Assembly (NCBI GenBank): GCA_963977015.1 | Contig: CAXBMO010000014.1 | Coordinates: 96,001 to 160,000, forward strand | Direction: 5' to 3' | From: an uncultured bacterium | GTDB lineage: Bacteria > Verrucomicrobiota > Verrucomicrobiia > Verrucomicrobiales > DEV007 | Length of the DNA: 64,000 bases | In this document: positions 48,201-54,200 of the stretch, in pieces | How positions within the stretch are numbered: the stretch's first letter is position 1 | How the letters are laid out: each line of letters opens with the position of its first letter | Position numbers and translations under genes: made by a program | The notes under the pieces: model-generated | The model's input: only the letters and a program-made list of their open reading frames with translations | Told to the model about the DNA's origin: nothing | The model's database searches: none

Positions 48201-51200
48201 CGAATTCTGGCTCCGGCCCAACAATACCGGGGACGCAACTCAGGTCATTTACGAGACTGGAGGTACGACGGACGGCTCCGGCTTCTGGTATGAAACGGCC
48301 ACCAGTACCCTGAACTGGACGGTCGACGACTTGAGCACCCAGCGGACCGTTTCAGCCGTCATTTCCACTACGGAATTCAGCCAAATTGTCGGCGTTTACA
48401 AGCTTGACGCGGCGGGGAACAACGACCACCTCGAACTCTACGTGAACGGTCAGTTGGTGGACACCAGCACCGACGCCACCGCGCTCAATGATTTCTCGGG
48501 AACGGACGATGCATCGTTGGGAACGGTGAACGGTGCCGTGGGCGAGGGCGTCGCGACCGGACAGTTCAACGGCGACATCGCGGTATTCCGTTTCTACGAG
48601 AGCGCGATGAGCGCGAACGAAGTGATTGGCAATTTTGTGGCCCTGGCGGGAGCGGAGGCCGTAAGTGGCACCACCATCACTGTAGCGACCAGCGGCAACC
48701 AGACTTACAATGACAACGTCGTGGTTGGAGCGGACGTGACGCTTTCGGCGCAAGACGTGACCACAGTTCAGACCGTGGATCTGCAGTCGAACGAGTTGAC
48801 GGTAGCGGTCACTGGAACCGGCGGCCAAGCGACCGGGGACATCACCGGTAGCGGAAACCTGATCATGGACGGGAGCGGCACTTTCACTCTGGCCAATGCG
48901 ACTGGAAACACCTACACCGGCGAGACGACAATTCGCGAAGGTACCCTTGTAGCGACGCATGACGATTCGCTCGGCACTACCGACGCCGGGAACCTGACCA
49001 TTGAGAGCGGCGGAACGCTGGGATTGACCGGTGGAATCACGATTCCGGCTCACGAGACGATCACGCTCGTGTTCGACGGCACCGGCGACGCCACCATCGA
49101 AAATATCAGCGGCGACAATTTCGTGGAAGCGCCGATCAACGTGCAACTCGGGGTCCTGGGCGATTTGCAACTGCTCTCCTCGGATGGCGCCGGCACCCTG
49201 ACCATCAACGGCGACATCGAGCTGCAACAAGCCGGAATTCTGGCCGATGGCGACGGCGACACCATTCTGAACGGCAATGTGGCCTCGACCGTGACGGAAT
49301 TCGCGAATTTGGGCGAGGTGGGCCAAGTACTGAACGTGGGAGGCACTCCGCAGACATTGACGTTTGCCGGAACTTACGTGAACCCGGTCATCGTCGCATT
49401 GGCCGAGCAAGGCAGCGCCACGAACCTGACTGTCGATCCAAATGCCGTGGAAGTGCGCATTTTCAATGTAGACGCGATCGCGGGAACCTTCCAGATCCAA
49501 CTCGACGTTCCTCCGGGTGCGAACAACGCCAACCCGCCCGCATTGGAAACGGTGAATTACCTCGTGGTCGAAGCCGGCACTTACACTCTGGACGACGGGA
49601 CGGTCATCCAGGCCGGCACGGTCGATGCTTCGCCTTCGGCGGATGAATCAGTTAGCTTCGGCGCGGGCGTGTTCGGGACTACGCCGATCGCGATGACGCA
49701 GTTGATGAGCCAGAACGATGCGAGTTTCGTCAAACCGAGGCACCGAGCTGGGATCGACGCGAACGGGTTTGCCTTCTTCCTCGAAGAAGCCGAGGGCCAG
49801 GCGCAACATCCCACCAGCGAAACCGTGGGTTACATCGCCATCACTCCGACGGCGGCCGCAGGGTCCACCACGGGAGCCGGATTGCTCTTCGAAGCCGGCA
49901 CCACGCCGAATGCGGTGACTCATGCGCAATTTAGCGTGACGCTGCAGAACACCTACGGAGCTCCGCCGATTTTCATTGGCGACCAGCAGACGATTGACGG
50001 CGTCGATCCTTCCGGGGTGCGTTTCCGCTACAATGGCAACGGAGTCCAAGTTTTCACCGACGAGGACCGCTCCAGCGACACCGAGACCAGTCATGCTGAC
50101 GAGGTCGTCGGATTTGTCGCCTTCGCCAACACCGGCCTGCTACAAAGCACCAACGAGCGGGACAATCAGCTCACGAAAAACGGCACGGGCAACCTGATCA
50201 TCAACGGCACCGCCGACTTCCAGGACGGCACGCTGCACAACGTCGGCACCCTGACGGTGGACGGAACTTTGTCCGGTGACACCGTCAATATCGCCAGCCT
50301 CGCAACTCTGACGGGCGGCGGCACGGTGGACGCGCCGGTCTTCAGCGACGATGCCGATTCCAACATCGTGGCCAGCGGCAACTTGACGCTCGGTGACGGC
50401 TCAGCCGATGGATTCGACTTCGGCGGCGTCCTGACCGTTGGCGGAAACACGGTAACCATCGTGGATAGCGACGATGGCCTGCTGGGTCGGAGCACGACGA
50501 TCGACGGCGGCACGTTGACGGCGGCCAACGGCCTGGCGATGAGCACGGACGACGTGCTTTCCGGTCAGGGCACGGTGGATTCGACCCTCGACTTGAACGA
50601 AGGCACGGTGACGCCCGGCGATACCGGAGACATCACCAACACCCTCAACATTCGCGATATCGACCTAGGCACCGGCGAATTCGTCGTCGATATCGACACG
50701 GACGCCGTGGGCGAGCACGACTTGCTCGACATCACCGGCACGGTTAATCCCAATGGGGCTACTCTCACGGTTCAGGACTTGGGCAACGTGGCGTTGGGAA
50801 CCCAGATTCTAGTCATCAACAACGATGGCATGGATCCCGTGACCGGGACTTTTGCCGGATTGCCCGAAGGAACGACGTTTACAGCTCCCACCGGCCAGGA
50901 TTTCACGATCAGCTATGTCGGTGGGGACGGCAACGATGTGGTGCTCTATCGCGGCGCGGCTGAAACCAGTGTCAGTTTCAACAGCGCAACTGGCGAACTC
51001 ACGATCTCCGACATCACCAACGATTCGACCGATACTCTGGAAGTTACCTTCGACGCCTTGGCCCAGACCTACACGATCCGGGAAACGGCGGACACCAGCC
51101 TGGTGATCGGCACGACGGGCCTCAGCGGCGCGCAGCTAAGCCGTCCCGACGCCAACACGGTTGTGATCAACGCTAACCCGGGAAATAACGGGGTCGCGGT

Positions 51201-54200
51201 TCAGTCTCTCACGGTAAAAACGACCGGACCTGACACGACGACCATTGGCGTTGAAGACGACGATATCGTGACGCTGCTAACACCGAACGGTCCGTTGAGC
51301 CTGACGGGCGATGTTGCCATCACAGCAGATGACGTCGTCTTCGCGGCCAACGCGCAGATTGACCAAAGCGCGGGTTCTGGCGCGGTGACCGTAACGGCGG
51401 ACCGCTCGATCACGATGAACGCGGGTGCCGCCATCACCACGGCGGACGGCGCGATCGCCCTGACGGCAGCCGGCAATGGCTCAGGCAATTTCGTCGGCAT
51501 CGACTTGACTGACACAACGATCACGACGGCGGACGGCGCGATTTCGCTCGATGGCACGGGTAGCGGCGTCAACAACAACCGCCACGGGGTTTTCCTTGCC
51601 GGAACCACCGCGATCGAGGCGACGGACAGCGGAACGATTGACATCACCGGTCAAGGCGGCGGCGATCGCACTTCCAACCGTGGCATCTTGGTTGAGGCAG
51701 GCTCCTCCGTCGAAGTCGTCAACGGAGACCTTACGATGATCGGGACTGGCGGGCCGGGCGGAGACCCGGTGCCCAACAACAACAATCGCGGGATCGAAGT
51801 GAACGGCCGCGTCGCGACATCGGGAACCGGAAACATCAGCCTCACCGGTCAAGGCGGTGGCGCGAGCACCGGGGACGCGGCCAACAACAACCAAGGGGTC
51901 GACCTTTCCGGCGCCGGAGCGCTCATCACCTCGACTGGCGCGGGCAACATCTCCGTCATCGGGATTGGCGGCGGCTCAGCAGCTGCCGACGGCGAGACCA
52001 ACGAAGGGATTCGCATCACCACCGCCGGAGCGGCGATTTCTTCGACCGGCACGGGCACGATCACGCTGAGCGGCACGGCTGGAGGCGGGCGGGAGAACAA
52101 CCGCGGAATCTTGATCAACGACGGCACCAGCGTGACTTCGGTGACGGGCGCGATCGACATCACCGGGATCGGCGGCGGCGGATTCGCAGATTCGGACAGC
52201 AACGACGGGGTGCAGGTGGATGGCGTCATTCAGTCGACGGGCTCGGCCACGATCGACATCGAGGGCACGGGTGGCATTTCGGCCAACCATGACGACTTCA
52301 ACTTCGGGATTTCGCTGGGAAGCGCCACCGCGCTGATCACTTCCTTGAATGGCAATATCAACCTGATGGGAACCGGCGGCGGAACGCTCACTGCAGCTTC
52401 GGCCAACAACGACGGCATCCGGATCGACACGGCCGGGGCGACAATCAGTTCGACCGGCACCGCCACGATCACCCTGACCGGCGGTGGAGGGAACGCGGAC
52501 GACAGTAACCGCGGCATCCGTCTTCTCGAAGGCACGGTGGTGACCAGCGCGACTGGCGACATCACCCTTACCGGAACCGGGGGAGGCACGGGGGTTCTGG
52601 ACAACAGCAACCGCAACATCGGGATCGAAGCGGACGGAACGATCTCCTCCACCGGCACAAATGCCGCCACTGCGGCGACGGTGACCTTGATCGGCTTTGG
52701 CGGTGGCGGTGGAGGCAACAACAACGACAACAACACCGGTGTCGAAATTTCCAGCGCCACGGGGACGGTTACATCCGTGGCCGGGAATATTTCGGTTACG
52801 GGAACCGGCGGCGGAAACGGCGGGAGCAACGGTGGTCAAAATGACGGCGTTCGTATTTCGGAAGGTGGAAGTGTGCTCTCGACGGGCACGCTTACCAACG
52901 CCGCCAGCATCACGATTACCGGGACAGCCGGCGCCAACGGCGGGGACGATCCGGACGACGACGAGGGTGTCATCATCATGGATGCCGACTCCCGGATATC
53001 CTCCATCGACGGTAACGTCACGATCGACGGCACGGGTGAGGACGGCGTCGAACTGGCTGCTGGTGTTACCGCGCCGCTCAGCGTCACGGGCGCGGGCAAC
53101 ATCGATATCTGCGGGCATTCCACGGCGCCGAATCTGGCGGCGGGCCAAGTCGGCGTTCAGATCGACTCGCCAATCCTCAGCGGCACGGGAACGGTGACCA
53201 TCGCTTCGGACGATCATGTTACGTTTGGCGCGGATGGTGATGTGACCTCCACCAGCGAGACGGTGACCATCCAGGCCGACAAGGCGGGTGCAACCAACGG
53301 CGGTCAAGTCTTCATGGCTGATGATTCGTTGATCGATGCCGGAGCGGGCGCGATTGACGTGGATGCGGACGGCCATATCACTTTGGGCGGGCTGCAGACG
53401 ACATCCTCCGTGACGGTTGATTCCGCAAGTGGCTCAATTCTGGATGGCGGCGACACCCATGATCCGGACATCATTGCAGCGACGGCGGTATTGAGCGCCG
53501 CGATAGACGTGGGAACCTTGGCCAATCCGCTGGAAACGCAGCTTTCCAACCTGGAAGGGACGGCGAGCACGGGCGATTTCTCTATCAACAACACGGGCGC
53601 GCTGGAATTAGGCGGGGCGAGTGGCTCGGCCAGTGGTGTTTCCGCGGGAGGTGACCTCCAGATCGTCAACGACCTGGGAATCACCGATTCGGAAACTGTG
53701 ACCGTGGGCGGAGAGGCGCAATTCACCACGACCCAGAACGGCAGCGATCTGAACCTGAATCAACTGGCGGTGACCGGTTTGATCGGGCTGAGTACGACCG
53801 GTGCCGACAGCGACGCAACGATCGTGAACGCAACGGTGATCGACTTTAAGGCGACCAACGTTGGCGGCAACCTGGCGGCGACGGCCACCACTGGCGGTAT
53901 TGGGCAAAGTGCCGGTTTGGATGTGGACGGAACCACGGCTCTGGCGGTGGGAACCGACAACATCGATCTGAGCAACGTCGGCAACGACTTCACGGGCGCG
54001 GTTTCGATCGTGAGCGCTCAAGACGTGACCCTGGTCGATGCCAACGGAATTGATCTGGGCGCCTCCACGATTTCCGGAAACCTGGACGTCACCTCCTCCT
54101 CCGGAGACATCACTGACAGCGGAACGGTTTCGATCTCGGGAACGGCTGATTTGACCACGAGCAACGGCAACATCATCACCGATCAACTGGATGTGAGCGG

